Source: Gemmatimonadota bacterium
Lineage (GTDB): Bacteria; Latescibacterota; UBA2968; UBA8231
DNA: 64,000 bases
Assembly (NCBI GenBank): GCA_038128265.1
Contig: JAYPJE010000015.1
Coordinates: forward strand, 17,255 to 81,254
Reading direction: 5' to 3'
The notes beneath the pieces are model-generated. The model searched no databases. It had not been told where the DNA came from and worked only from the letters and a program-made list of their open reading frames with translations. Positions 20,160-28,173 of the stretch are shown here, in pieces; position 1 is the first letter of the stretch; every line of letters begins with the position of its first letter. Both the position numbers and the translations under genes were made by a program.

Positions 20160-21305
20160 ATGCGGATGTCGATGGGGATCGCGTGCATCGCGGTGCTGCT
20201 GTTGGCCTGCGGCGCAGGTGACCGCACTGTGCGCGAGCTGGCACCGGGGGTCGCCTATCACCGAGTGCACCTATTGGAAGGCCCTTGGTGGATCCATATC
20301 GTCGAGATTGACTTGGATCGCGCCTGGCGAGCGGGCGTCCGTTTGCGCATGTCCAATGCGCCCATCGAAAAAGGCGGTGTGGAGCGCACCAGCGTGCTGG
20401 GGCAGAGCGCGTTGGCTGCGATAAACGGCGATTTTTTTTATACGAGCGAGACGAGTCACGCGGCCGGTTTGCAGATTAGCGAAGGCATGCTTCTACAGGG
20501 GCCGCAGCGGCGCTCGGCACTGGCCATCTCGCGCAGTGGTAAACCGCTCATTGCTCAGTTTGACATGGATATAGGAGCCGTCTTGTCCAGTGGGCAAAGC
20601 GTGCATATAAGCGGGTTTAACCGTGCGCCGCGCGAGGGCGAGCTGACCCTCTATAATGTCCATGCCCAGTCTTGGCGTGATTCTGTACATGCGGAGTTTG
20701 GTTTTCAGTTACAGGGTTTGCAGGGCTCATCCATACTGAACGATACCCTGGCCGTGCAGGTTCTGCAGCTGCGTCGGCGTGCTTGGCCGCTGGTCCTAGA
20801 GCGCAATCAGTGGCTGATCGCCGCCGACATTGCGCGCCCCGACGTTGGCGGCATCGCTCCCGGCGATACGCTGCAGCTGTTTTGTCGCCTGCCACCAGCC
20901 GCTGAAGCGCTACAGGAAGCGCTGGGCGGAGGGCCGCGCATCCTGCGCGATGGAACGGTATCGGTCGAGTACGAGCAGGAGGGGTTGAGTAAGACGTTTG
21001 CCGAAGAGCGCCATCCGCGCACGGCCGTTGGCTATACGCAAAACGGCCAAGTGCTCTTTCTCGTCGTCGTCGACGGGCGCCAGCCCGGGTTTAGCGTTGG
21101 TATGACGTTGGAAGAGCTTGCACACTTTATGCGAATGCGGCTGGCCGATTTTTCGCAGGCGCAAGAAAATGCCTACCAGGCGCTCAACTTGGATGGCGGG
21201 GGGTCGACGACGATGGCGCTTAAAGGCGAGGTGGTCAATAGCCCGTCTGATCAGACGGGCGAGCGCCCAGTCGCCAATGCGCTCTTGGTCGTGGAGGAAC
21301 GGTAG
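20160..21305 (+). CDS. Phosphodiester glycosidase (NAGPA-like) family lipoprotein
   Basis: AAINGDFF, HPRTAVG, VVDGRQ, ALNLDGGGST, RPVANAL; lipobox LLAC; exact start uncertain. Confidence 0.88.
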   Translation: MRMSMGIACIAVLLLACGAGDRTVRELAPGVAYHRVHLLEGPWWIHIVEIDLDRAWRAGVRLRMSNAPIEKGGVERTSVLGQSALAAINGDFFYTSETSHAAGLQISEGMLLQGPQRRSALAISRSGKPLIAQFDMDIGAVLSSGQSVHISGFNRAPREGELTLYNVHAQSWRDSVHAEFGFQLQGLQGSSILNDTLAVQVLQLRRRAWPLVLERNQWLIAADIARPDVGGIAPGDTLQLFCRLPPAAEALQEALGGGPRILRDGTVSVEYEQEGLSKTFAEERHPRTAVGYTQNGQVLFLVVVDGRQPGFSVGMTLEELAHFMRMRLADFSQAQENAYQALNLDGGGSTTMALKGEVVNSPSDQTGERPVANALLVVEER

Positions 21306-21308
21306 GAT

Positions 21309-22373
21309 ATGGCCCTATTTGGAGCAGACGACTTACGCGCGCTAGGCTGCGCGCTTTTCTGTCGCGTCGGCGTGCGTCGAGAAGACGCCGAACTCGTGGC
21401 GGATCATTTGGTGGAATCGGGTTTGCTGGGCCACGACACGCACAGCGTGTTGCGCCTGCCGCAGTACGTGAATATGGTGCGCGATGGCGTGGTTGACCCA
21501 CAGGGTGCGCTGCGCGTGCTAGACGAAAGCACCTATGCGGCACGGCTGAGCGGTTCGTGGAACTTTGGGCCGGTAACGGCGACGCGCGCCATGGAGCGCG
21601 CGCTGGACAAGCTGGGCGGTGGCGGCGCCATTTCCGTCGTAACCGTGCGCGACTGCAACCACATCGCCCGCTTGGGGCGCTTTGCGGCACTGGCCGCGCA
21701 GCGCGACTGCATTGCGCTGATGGTGGCCAATGGGCACGGCGGCGATTTGGCGGTCGCGCCGTTTGGCGGCCGTGCGCGGCGCTTGCCGACCAATCCGATC
21801 TGCGTTGGCATACCCACGGGCTTGGCGTGGCCGCTGGTGCTCGATATGACCACCAGCATGACATCGGGCGGCGACTTGCGGCTCCTGCGCAACCTCGGAC
21901 AGCCCGCGCCCGCAGGGACGATCATCGACGGCGCTGGCGTGCCGACTACCGATGTGGAAAAGTACTATGGCCCGCCGCCGGGTGCGGCGCTGCCGCTGGG
22001 CGCGCCGACAAGCGGTCATAAGGGATTCGGTCTGGGCGTGCTGGTCGACGTTTTGGCGGGTGCGCTGTCGGGCGCTGAATGCAGCAAAGAAAACTACCAA
22101 CGCTCGGGCAATGCGCTGTTTATCGCCGCACTGCGCGTGGCGGCGTTCCGGCCGTTAGAGGATTTTTTTGCCGAGGTGCAGGGCCTGGTAGAATACATCA
22201 AGTCGTGTTCGCCCGCAGAGGGCTTCGGCGAGGTGATGCTACCCGGAGAGAACGCCCATCGCCACTACGTGCAGCGCGTGCGCGAGGGGTTGGAAGTCGA
22301 TGCGGCAGCCTGGAAGCAAATTGTCGAATTGGCGGGCGAGTTGGATATAGAAGTGCCCGCTCCTATCGCGTGA
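21309..22373 (+). CDS. Ldh_2 family (malate/L-lactate/sulfolactate-type) oxidoreductase
   Basis: GHDTHSVLRLPQY, NHIARLG, TNPICVG, LDMTTS, GHKGFGLG, LPGE. Confidence 0.9.
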   Translation: MALFGADDLRALGCALFCRVGVRREDAELVADHLVESGLLGHDTHSVLRLPQYVNMVRDGVVDPQGALRVLDESTYAARLSGSWNFGPVTATRAMERALDKLGGGGAISVVTVRDCNHIARLGRFAALAAQRDCIALMVANGHGGDLAVAPFGGRARRLPTNPICVGIPTGLAWPLVLDMTTSMTSGGDLRLLRNLGQPAPAGTIIDGAGVPTTDVEKYYGPPPGAALPLGAPTSGHKGFGLGVLVDVLAGALSGAECSKENYQRSGNALFIAALRVAAFRPLEDFFAEVQGLVEYIKSCSPAEGFGEVMLPGENAHRHYVQRVREGLEVDAAAWKQIVELAGELDIEVPAPIA

Positions 22374-22419
22374 AAATAAGATAGCATCGCACTGTCAAAC
22401 AACGGATGGAGGGTTTCAT

Positions 22420-23415
22420 ATGCTTGATATCGGCATCGTAGGTCTTGGTGGAATAGGCAACAATCACGCTCGCTGCTACACGGAGAACAGGCATGCGCGC
22501 GTCGTTGCCGTGTGCGACGTCATACGCGAACGGGCCGATGCGGCGGCCGAGCGCTGGAATGCGCGGGCTTTTTACAGCGTGCGAGAAATGCTCAAAAGCG
22601 GCATCCACCTCGATGCCTGCTCCGTTACCACGGCAGGTGTGGAAAACGGTGGCGATCACTACGAGCCGACGATGGAATTGCTCAAGGCGGGGTTGCCGGT
22701 GCTGGGTGAGAAGCCGATCTCAAACGATGTGAGCAAGGCGCGCAAAATGGTGGCGCTGGCGAAGAAAAAGCGCCTGCGCTACGGGGTTAACCTCAACCAC
22801 CGATTTACGCCGGCGGCCGTGCGCGCCAAGGAGTGGTTGCAGGCCGGTCGTTTGGGCGAGCTCAACATCGTCAATATGACTATGTGGATCAACAATCCCA
22901 ACGAGTCGAGCCCGTGGTTTCACATACGCGCGCTCCATCCCCACTCGCTCGACGTGATGCGCTACTTTGCCGGTGACGTCGACAGGGTGCAGGCTTTTTT
23001 CAAAAAGGGCAAGGGACGCAAGATTTGGTCGAATGTGCAGGCCAACCTGCAGTTTAAGAACGGCGTGATCGGGCATTTGACGGGCAGCTATGATGCGGGC
23101 GGCAGCTACGGCTTGGAAACGCTGGAGTTGGTTGGCTCAGAAGGTCGCGTGATCATTAACGAGGCCTGCGAAAAACTGAGCTTTTACCCGCGCTTTTCGC
23201 ACGAGATCGAAAGCTATGACCACTTGGGTGGCATGGGTTCGTTCCCCGATACCTTTCCCTCGCGCATTGGTGCTTGGGTTGACGATCTGCGCAACCGCAC
23301 GCCGCCCAGTAAGGTCGATGCCAAAGCCGAAGACGCGTTGAAGGTGCAGCTCGTCATCGAGTCTATTATTAAGTCTTGGGAGACCGGACAGGTCGTAAAG
23401 GTGCCGCAGAAATAG
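22420..23415 (+). CDS. Gfo/Idh/MocA family oxidoreductase
   Basis: GIVGLGGIG, VLGEKP, NLNHRF. Confidence 0.92.
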   Translation: MLDIGIVGLGGIGNNHARCYTENRHARVVAVCDVIRERADAAAERWNARAFYSVREMLKSGIHLDACSVTTAGVENGGDHYEPTMELLKAGLPVLGEKPISNDVSKARKMVALAKKKRLRYGVNLNHRFTPAAVRAKEWLQAGRLGELNIVNMTMWINNPNESSPWFHIRALHPHSLDVMRYFAGDVDRVQAFFKKGKGRKIWSNVQANLQFKNGVIGHLTGSYDAGGSYGLETLELVGSEGRVIINEACEKLSFYPRFSHEIESYDHLGGMGSFPDTFPSRIGAWVDDLRNRTPPSKVDAKAEDALKVQLVIESIIKSWETGQVVKVPQK

Positions 23416-23416
23416 T

Positions 23417-24412
23417 ATGATACGCGTAGGAGTAATCGGGCTTGGTCCCATCGGCAATCGCCACGCTAAACTCTACAACGAGATGGATAACGCCGAGCTA
23501 CTCGGCGTGTGCGATGTAGATCGCGCGCGGGCCGATGCGGCGGCCAAGGCGCACGGTACGCGCGCCTTCTACAGCGTCCAGGACATGATCGAATCCGTCG
23601 AATTGGATATGGTCAGCGTCACCACGGGCGGTCAGGAATACGGCAGCGATCACTACCAGCCGACGATGGACGCGCTGCAGGCCGGGCTGCACGTGCTGGG
23701 CGAAAAGCCCATTTCCAACGAGATTGCTCCGGCCGAAGAGATGGTGGCGCTAGCGCGCGAAAAGGGCCTGTGCTACGGCATCAATATGAACCATCGCTTT
23801 ACGCCGGCTGCGCGCCTGGCCAAGCAGTGGATGGATGACGGCCGCATTGGCGACCTGCTCTTTATGAATATGAGCATGTGGATCATGAACCCGCGCGAGT
23901 CGAGTCCGTGGTTTCAAATAAAAGCGCTGCATCCGCATACCGTGGATATCATGCGCTACTACTGCGGTGAAATCGAATGCGTGCAGTGCTTTGCTCTCAA
24001 GGCGCCGGGGCGCTCGATCTACTCGACAGCGCAGTTCAATATGCGCTTTAAAAATGGCTGTTTGGGCCATTTGACGGGCAGCTATGACATCGAGCGCGGG
24101 CACCCGATGGAGCGCTGCGAAGTGGCGGGTGTTAAGGGCCGCTTTGTAGTGGATGATATGTACCGAGAAGCGACGCTCTATCCGGCTGGAGAGATGGAGA
24201 AGCGCGTGTATTCGAATCCGGTTTTTGGTGGTATGGGCGATTTTGAAGACACGTTTCGCAACCGCTTGCGCCGATTTGTCGAGCAGCTTGAAGAGGGAGC
24301 CGGGCCCGAAGAAATTGATGGCTCGGGACTCGACGGGTTGAGGGCGCAGAAAGTGCTGGCTGCTGCCATTCGCTCCGTAGAGAGCGAAGCCGTTGTCTAC
24401 GTGGAGGACTAG
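23417..24412 (+). CDS. Gfo/Idh/MocA family oxidoreductase (tandem paralogue)
   Basis: GVIGLGPIG, VLGEKP, NMNHRFTPAA; same length (331 aa) as the upstream gene. Confidence 0.92.
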   Translation: MIRVGVIGLGPIGNRHAKLYNEMDNAELLGVCDVDRARADAAAKAHGTRAFYSVQDMIESVELDMVSVTTGGQEYGSDHYQPTMDALQAGLHVLGEKPISNEIAPAEEMVALAREKGLCYGINMNHRFTPAARLAKQWMDDGRIGDLLFMNMSMWIMNPRESSPWFQIKALHPHTVDIMRYYCGEIECVQCFALKAPGRSIYSTAQFNMRFKNGCLGHLTGSYDIERGHPMERCEVAGVKGRFVVDDMYREATLYPAGEMEKRVYSNPVFGGMGDFEDTFRNRLRRFVEQLEEGAGPEEIDGSGLDGLRAQKVLAAAIRSVESEAVVYVED

Positions 24413-25054
24413 GTGCAGTACAACGAAAAAATACTAGTGGCCAAAGCGAGACTGCTGGAGCGCTTTAAAGGGAAAGAGCGACGGGAGAGCGATCCTACCC
24501 GCGATCGCCTGCCGCCGGGACAGCACCTGACCAAGGGCTTTCCCGTGCTCGACCTAGGCGTGAAGCCAAAATTCCATCCCAAGCGCTGGCGCTTTCAGGT
24601 TGAGGGCGAAGTCGAAGAAGGGCTCGATCTCGATTGGGACGGTTTTGCCGCCCTGCCGCGCGCGCGCTCGGAGAGCGATTTTCACTGCGTGACAACGTGG
24701 TCAAAGTTTGACGTGCAGTGGGGGGGCGTGTCGTTCCTAGAGGTTGCTGCACGCGTGCGGCCAACGGAGGAGGCGCGTTTTGTTATCGTGCACTCTGCCG
24801 ATGGCTACACCACCAATGTGCCGCTGGCCGACTGTCTCGACGACGACGTCCTCTTGGCCGACGAGCTCTTTGGCGAGCCCCTGCCTCTAGAGCACGGAGG
24901 CCCGATGCGCCTGGTCGTTCCCAAGCTCTATGCGTGGAAGTCGGCCAAATTCGTGCGGAAGTTGGTGTTTGTGAAAGAGGATCAGCCCGGTTTTTGGGAG
25001 GAGCGCGGCTACCACGATCGCGGCGATCCTTGGAAAGAAGAGCGCTACCGGTAG
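24413..25054 (+). CDS. Sulfite oxidase-like molybdopterin oxidoreductase (YuiH-like)
   Basis: RLPPGQ, DFHCVTTWS, EHGGPMRLVVPKLYAWKSAK, GFWEERGYH.RGDPW.EER. Confidence 0.9.
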   Translation: MQYNEKILVAKARLLERFKGKERRESDPTRDRLPPGQHLTKGFPVLDLGVKPKFHPKRWRFQVEGEVEEGLDLDWDGFAALPRARSESDFHCVTTWSKFDVQWGGVSFLEVAARVRPTEEARFVIVHSADGYTTNVPLADCLDDDVLLADELFGEPLPLEHGGPMRLVVPKLYAWKSAKFVRKLVFVKEDQPGFWEERGYHDRGDPWKEERYR

Positions 25055-25524
25055 GCGCGGCCCAGACTTTGTCGGAGTCGCTCGATGGAACGTTCGAGCG
25101 ACTGGCCGACGGTGTTGGCCTCGTCCAATCGCTGCGGAAATTGCTCAAAGAGCGCCGCATCCTGCTGGCGCACGCCCTCCAATATTATATCGAAGGCCTC
25201 TAGGCGCAGGCGCAGATAGTCCTGCAAGAGCTGGTGCGTGGGCTGTAGGTCAGCCAGTGTTGGCTGCAGCGCATCGGCCTGCTCGGCTAGCTCGGCCACC
25301 TTGGGACGGAACCGCTGTTCGACAAGCGGATATATGACCTCGATATCGATCGAATCCGCCGGCACGGCGCGCCGGATGTCTACTTCCAGCGAGCGCATGC
25401 TCTGTACGATATCTCCTACCTGATCGAGATAGCGTACCGCCTGCACGGCGTCGTCTCCATCTACTGCATCCTCGCTTGCGCAGCCCAGTGCGAACAGCAG
25501 GGTGATTAAAATCGATAGCTTCAA
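25045..25524 (-). CDS. Hypothetical alpha-helical lipoprotein
   Basis: Lipobox ALGC after a hydrophobic signal; third gene of a minus-strand run. Confidence 0.7.
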   Translation of the reverse strand: MKLSILITLLFALGCASEDAVDGDDAVQAVRYLDQVGDIVQSMRSLEVDIRRAVPADSIDIEVIYPLVEQRFRPKVAELAEQADALQPTLADLQPTHQLLQDYLRLRLEAFDIILEGVRQQDAALFEQFPQRLDEANTVGQSLERSIERLRQSLGRAYR

Positions 25525-25537
25525 CGCTCAGACATTC

Positions 25538-26374
25538 CTATAGTGAGTATTCGTTCCCTTCGCACCCGGCTTCTATCGGCATGGGGCGATCGGAGAGCGC
25601 GCTGACCGCGGCATCCAACTCGTCGTCGGTGCGCATGGGGTGATGGTTGAATAGAATCAGATGTTTTGCATCGGCCCGACTGGCCACATCGGCAGCGTGC
25701 AGTGGGCAGCTATGACCCGAATGCTGCCGAGCCGGGTATTCGTCGTCGCTGTGATAGGCGTCGTGGATAAGCAGATCGGCCCCGCGGCAAAGCGCTGCTG
25801 CGCGCTCGCGGCTCGCCTCATCGCGGTAGTCGACGACGGGTAGGTAGGCTAGCGTGGCATGGCCATCGCTGATTCTATAGGCGGTGCACGGTCCGCCGTG
25901 GCTATGGCCCACTTCGGCGTGTTCGACCTGGAATTCTCCCAGCTGCAGAGGCTGCTTCTCATCCAAATCGCAGACGTCGACTTGAGCGCCAATGTGATCG
26001 TAGAAAAAGTTGGGAACCGGACAGAAGGTGGGCTGCATCTGCTCTAGTAGCAACGCGCGCATGCTGCGCGCACCGCCGCGGCCGAAGAGGCGAAATGCAT
26101 TGCCCGGGATTAGCAGAGGCAGGCAAAAGGGCACGCCCTGTATATGCGACCAGTGGGTGTGGCTAAACAGGAGATGGGCCTGGCCCTGACCGCGGCCAAA
26201 GGCCCCGGCAAAGAGGGCGTTGCCCAATCCATTCAGGCCGATTCCGCCGTCCAAAATAAGCGTTGAGGAGCCGGAACTTTCCACCTGCACGCAGAGCGTA
26301 TTGACCCCGTATCGCCTGGTTTGAGGGCGGGGTATAGAGATCCCACCGCGTGCGCCCCAAAGCTTTACTTTCAC
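25538..26374 (-). CDS. MBL-fold metallo-hydrolase, degenerate metal motif
   Basis: WGARG, SHTHWSHIQG (HxHxSH), ADLLIHDA, GHS, LFNHHP. Confidence 0.85.
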   Translation of the reverse strand: MKVKLWGARGGISIPRPQTRRYGVNTLCVQVESSGSSTLILDGGIGLNGLGNALFAGAFGRGQGQAHLLFSHTHWSHIQGVPFCLPLLIPGNAFRLFGRGGARSMRALLLEQMQPTFCPVPNFFYDHIGAQVDVCDLDEKQPLQLGEFQVEHAEVGHSHGGPCTAYRISDGHATLAYLPVVDYRDEASRERAAALCRGADLLIHDAYHSDDEYPARQHSGHSCPLHAADVASRADAKHLILFNHHPMRTDDELDAAVSALSDRPMPIEAGCEGNEYSL

Positions 26375-26386
26375 CGTGCAGCCCTC

Positions 26387-27256
26387 CTATAGCACCAGGT
26401 GGTCGCCTTCAGTTGCGGCCAGTAGAGCGTTGTCGGGTGCCCGTTTGCTACAGTCTGCGACAATGGCATCGAGCTGTTCGTCGCTGCGATTGGGCGCGTG
26501 GTGAAAAAAGGCCGTGCGTCGGACGTTGGCTTCTTCGCCTAGGCGCAGCGCGTCGTCGGTGCGGCTGTGTCCCCAGTCGTCTTTGTACTCATCGGGGAGA
26601 AAAAACGAGTCAAACACCATCAAATCGGCATCTTGTGCCAGTTGAACGGCGCCCTTTTGCAGCTCTATACGCCGATCTTCGAGCTCCTCATCGGAACCCT
26701 CATTCATGCCGGCACCGTGCAAACGCGGTCCGTACAGGTCGGTATCGCTGACGTAGGAGAACACCTTACCCGCACATTCAATGCGAAAACCGCCCGTGTA
26801 GCTCGGATGGTTTAATCGCTTGCACAGCACGTTGGTTGGGCCGATCTGCCACTGTTGTCCCTCCACCAGATCGGTGAATTCCAGCGCGGCATGGGCCTGT
26901 TCGAGTTGCACGGGAAAAAAGGGCTGTTGCTGCTGTTGGGCCAGAATTTGGCAGAGCGTGCGATCGGGATGTGCCATGGAATACAGATGAACGCGTGTGC
27001 CGCGCTCCTGCAGCGGAGCAAAGTGGGGGAAACCGTGTATGTGGTCCCAGTGCGTGTGGCTAATGAGCAGGTGGATCTCGCGCTGGCCTTGCTCTACCAA
27101 GTGCTTTCCAAGCGTACAAATGCCGGTGCCTGCATCAATTACGATACATGTGCCCTGTGCATTGATCTCAATGCAGGGTGTATTGCCGCCGTAGCGCACA
27201 CAGTGTGGTGAGGAGACGGGATAGGAACCCCGCACGCCCCAAAAAGTGACTTCCAT
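26387..27256 (-). CDS. MBL-fold metallo-hydrolase (RNase Z/cyclic-nucleotide phosphodiesterase-like)
   Basis: FWGVRGS, YGGNTPC, DAGTG, SHTHWDHIHG, SDT, WGHS, FHHAP; start placed at ATG 27256. Confidence 0.9.
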   Translation of the reverse strand: MEVTFWGVRGSYPVSSPHCVRYGGNTPCIEINAQGTCIVIDAGTGICTLGKHLVEQGQREIHLLISHTHWDHIHGFPHFAPLQERGTRVHLYSMAHPDRTLCQILAQQQQQPFFPVQLEQAHAALEFTDLVEGQQWQIGPTNVLCKRLNHPSYTGGFRIECAGKVFSYVSDTDLYGPRLHGAGMNEGSDEELEDRRIELQKGAVQLAQDADLMVFDSFFLPDEYKDDWGHSRTDDALRLGEEANVRRTAFFHHAPNRSDEQLDAIVADCSKRAPDNALLAATEGDHLVL

Positions 27257-27399
27257 GAAACAGGCCCGGTCAGTAATTAAAGAGCAGAACAATATGAAAT
27301 AATATGAATTATGTTGTTAGTACACAAGTATTTACTAATGTGTGAAAAGGATGCGCGGAACCGGTTTACATCTGGCGCATCGACCTAGTGGGAGCGATG

Positions 27400-27428
27400 T
27401 TTACAAGGATAATGGCGTTTGTTATTAT
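27400..27428 (+). promoter_or_regulatory. Sigma-70-type promoter upstream of the lepB-proteasome gene run
   Basis: TTTACA-17 nt-TATTAT about 30 nt before the lepB ATG. Confidence 0.6.
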
Positions 27429-27458
27429 ATCCGCACGTCGCGATGTCAAAGGAGATCT

Positions 27459-28163
27459 ATGGACGCCAAGAATCGCAAATCGAGCATCGGGGAGTATGTT
27501 TCGTCTATCCTCGTTGCCGTGGGGTTGGCACTGCTTATTCGCACGGCGGTGGTGCAGGCCTTCTACATTCCCTCTGGCTCTATGGAAGACACGCTCCTGG
27601 TCGGCGATTATCTACTTGCCAATAAATTTGTCTACGGAGCGCCTTTGGACGTGCCGGCAACCAATATAACCCTCTTTCGCCTGCCGGCGATACGCGACCC
27701 ACAACCCGGTGATATTGTTATTTTTCGCTCTCCGGTCGATTCCGACCGCGATCTCATCAAGCGCTGCGTTGCCGTAGGAGGGCAGACGGTCGAAATCGTC
27801 AACAAGACGCTTTATGTCGACGGCCAGCCCTTCGCCGATCCGCCGCTAACCAAATACACCGATCGCGCAGTCTATTCGGCCGCTTTCAATCCGCGCGATA
27901 ACTTCGGTCCTTTTGCCGTGCCCGAGGGGCACTTTTTCATGATGGGGGACAACCGCGATAACAGCGCCGATAGCCGCTACTGGCGTTCCGTGCCCAAGGA
28001 TTTGATTAAGGGCAAGGCGATGAGTATATACTGGTCGTGGGCGCCCGACACGGGGGGGCCGTACTACAGCGGTCCCGCGTCGCTGCCCAGGGTATTGGCC
28101 AGCTGGATTGGGCGCCTGCCGAGCCGCGTGCGCTACGAGCGCTTGGGCGACGTCATTCGCTAG
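27459..28163 (+). CDS. lepB: Signal peptidase I
   Basis: One TM segment, then IPSGSMEDTL..GD, IKRC, MMGDNRDNSADSR; AAGGAG RBS. Confidence 0.96.
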   Translation: MDAKNRKSSIGEYVSSILVAVGLALLIRTAVVQAFYIPSGSMEDTLLVGDYLLANKFVYGAPLDVPATNITLFRLPAIRDPQPGDIVIFRSPVDSDRDLIKRCVAVGGQTVEIVNKTLYVDGQPFADPPLTKYTDRAVYSAAFNPRDNFGPFAVPEGHFFMMGDNRDNSADSRYWRSVPKDLIKGKAMSIYWSWAPDTGGPYYSGPASLPRVLASWIGRLPSRVRYERLGDVIR

Positions 28164-28173
28164 GACGGAGAGC

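Noticed and set aside
19771..20244. 157-aa minus-strand ORF in the AT-rich intergenic region
   Set aside because: Atypical composition, overlaps promoter elements and the start of the next gene; no domain.
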